From NCBI GenBank assembly GCA_963575745.1, contig CAUYUJ010000237.1, forward strand, positions 124,001 to 188,000: a stretch of DNA of 64,000 nt, in the 5' to 3' direction. Numbering within the stretch: the stretch's first letter is position 1; every line of letters starts with the position of its first letter. The position numbers were made by a program, and so were the translations under genes. This document shows positions 62,350-64,000 of this stretch, piece after piece. The notes below the pieces were generated by a model. It saw nothing but the letters and a program-made list of their open reading frames with translations. It searched no databases and was not told where the DNA came from. This stretch comes from Prorocentrum cordatum. Lineage: Eukaryota.

Positions 62350-63260
62350 GCACACGATATATATATATATATATATATATGCATATCAAAAAATACGTAT
62401 GTGCAACCGCACATGTGCTGTCTGTATGGTTTGCTATTATATATATGTGTGTATATGTATGTGCATACATGTGTAGACACAAAGACTTGCATACACGTAT
62501 GTATGTATGTTTGCATGAATGTATGTACGTATGTATGTATGTATGTATGTATGTGTGTATGTATGTTTGTTTGTTTGTTTGTTTGTTTGTTTGTTTGTTT
62601 GTTTGTATGTATGTATGTATGTATGTATGTATGTATGTATGTGTGTATGCTTGTATGTATGTATGTATGTATGCATATGTACCTATCACCAAGGACCCAC
62701 CCCCCCGAAATCGGACCCCTCCGAATCCCGGGCCCCTGCGGGAGGCCCCCCAGGCGTTCTTCAGTGCTCCTGGAAGCCCTTGCAACGGGCCGAGGCAGCG
62801 GGCCAAAATCGGTCGGCGGCCGAGCGGCCCCCCCGAGGGCCCCAAGAGGCCCCAGACACCCACCAGACGCCCGAAGACGACCCAAAGAAAACCCCCAGGA
62901 GGCTTCCCAAACGCAGAAAACAGTGTCCTGGTGATGTTTGCATGATTGGGGGACTGTGCTGTTCTTCGGGCTCCAAATCACAGCAAAACCATCCGAAAGG
63001 GCTTCCAGGCAGTCCAAGAGAGCCCCAAGACGGCACAACAGGGTTCCAAGATGGCCTAAGACAGCCCCATGACAGCCCAAGATGGCCCCAAGACACCCTC
63101 CGAAGCATTGCAAATCGTGACCCGGTCCTTCAGGGAGACCGCGGTCGGAGGCAGGGCGACCCGAAGAAGCCCCCAGAGGCCCCCAGAAGACGCCCAGGAG
63201 GCCTCCAGAAGGCCTTACGGAAAGTTTGAAAAACTTCCGTGAGGCCCCCAGAGGCTCTCC
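62350..63260. repeat. (AT)n/(ATGT)n/(GTTT)n microsatellites followed by the minus-strand ggcctcttg satellite
   Basis: Direct read; ORF 62115-63530 is an artefact. Confidence 0.85.
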
Positions 63261-64000
63261 AAGGAGGAGCCTCCGCAAAATGAGCTGAGGATGATGGGGG
63301 AGAATTCGCACGGTAGGGCGAGAATGATGAACTAACATGGAGGAAGGATGCCGAAAAACATGATTGGAATGGCGATGCCAGAAAGGTTGACAAGGAATTA
63401 TCGCTAAGGTGTCTGTTTGATCTGCCTGCCATTCCGACTGAAGACCAAACTTCAAGCACCAAGGTGCATGGCGCGAAGCGCAAATGCAGTCTGGTGTATG
63501 AGTGTATGGATCTATGTATGTATGTATCAATGAGTATGTATGAATATGTTCAGATCAGTACACATGCGTGCATATGTGTGTATGTGTATGTGTATATCAT
63601 CATACGCACCTCTCCGAGGGACTAGAGCTCAGAGGCGGTTATTGTTGAAGCTCCGAGTGTGAGTGTCTGGCAGTTCCGCTTGGGACATCTTCAAAATTGT
63701 GAGAATTGCACGCACCCCTTACGCAGATCGCGACGTCGCGGTCCAAACATGTTCTAGGGACCTTCGACATTTGAACATCGACCCCTACGTCCACTTGCTC
63801 GACACTCCGACCTGCAGACTCCAGCATCCGACCTCCCACGTCCACCTCCACCTATCGACTTCCAGCCTCCAGCATCCGACTTCCCACTTCCACCTCCACG
63901 CATCGCCCCCCAGCATCCACCAGCTCAGCAAATCCTGCATCCAGGCGATCTCAATCGTATTCCTGCGATCCCAAGGAGGCTTTAATAGGAATGGAGCAGA

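Overview
Repeat-dominated, GC-rich eukaryotic DNA, almost certainly from a dinoflagellate (Prorocentrum-like by inference). The basis is an exact 16-nt relict dinoflagellate spliced leader (SL) at 37195-37210 and candidate exons with GC donors. Most listed ORFs are artefacts of (GAG)n/(GAT)n/(GAC)n microsatellites and 10-152 bp satellites. Supportable coding content: one long codon-biased exon of a secreted Cys-rich protein (~42.8-43.7 kb), a few short candidate exons (26.4-28.6 kb), a decayed Ty1/copia pol (~44.7-48.3 kb), a second copia-like fragment (~58.3-59.4 kb), and a fragmented minus-strand pseudogene with tentative Tpt1/KptA-like motifs (~14.6-20.4 kb). At least six MITE-like families with recognisable TIRs/TSDs are present, some nested. 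The most interesting signal is a retroposed 'LVEAAVR..GAPRRTVAA' ORF family: one copy is SL-capped, the other is A-tailed. The A-tailed copy carries a ~90-nt RNA-like motif that also occurs as three tandem copies at 1.16-1.46 kb, with invariant junctions and compensatory base changes. It is a candidate undescribed structured RNA or ribozyme.
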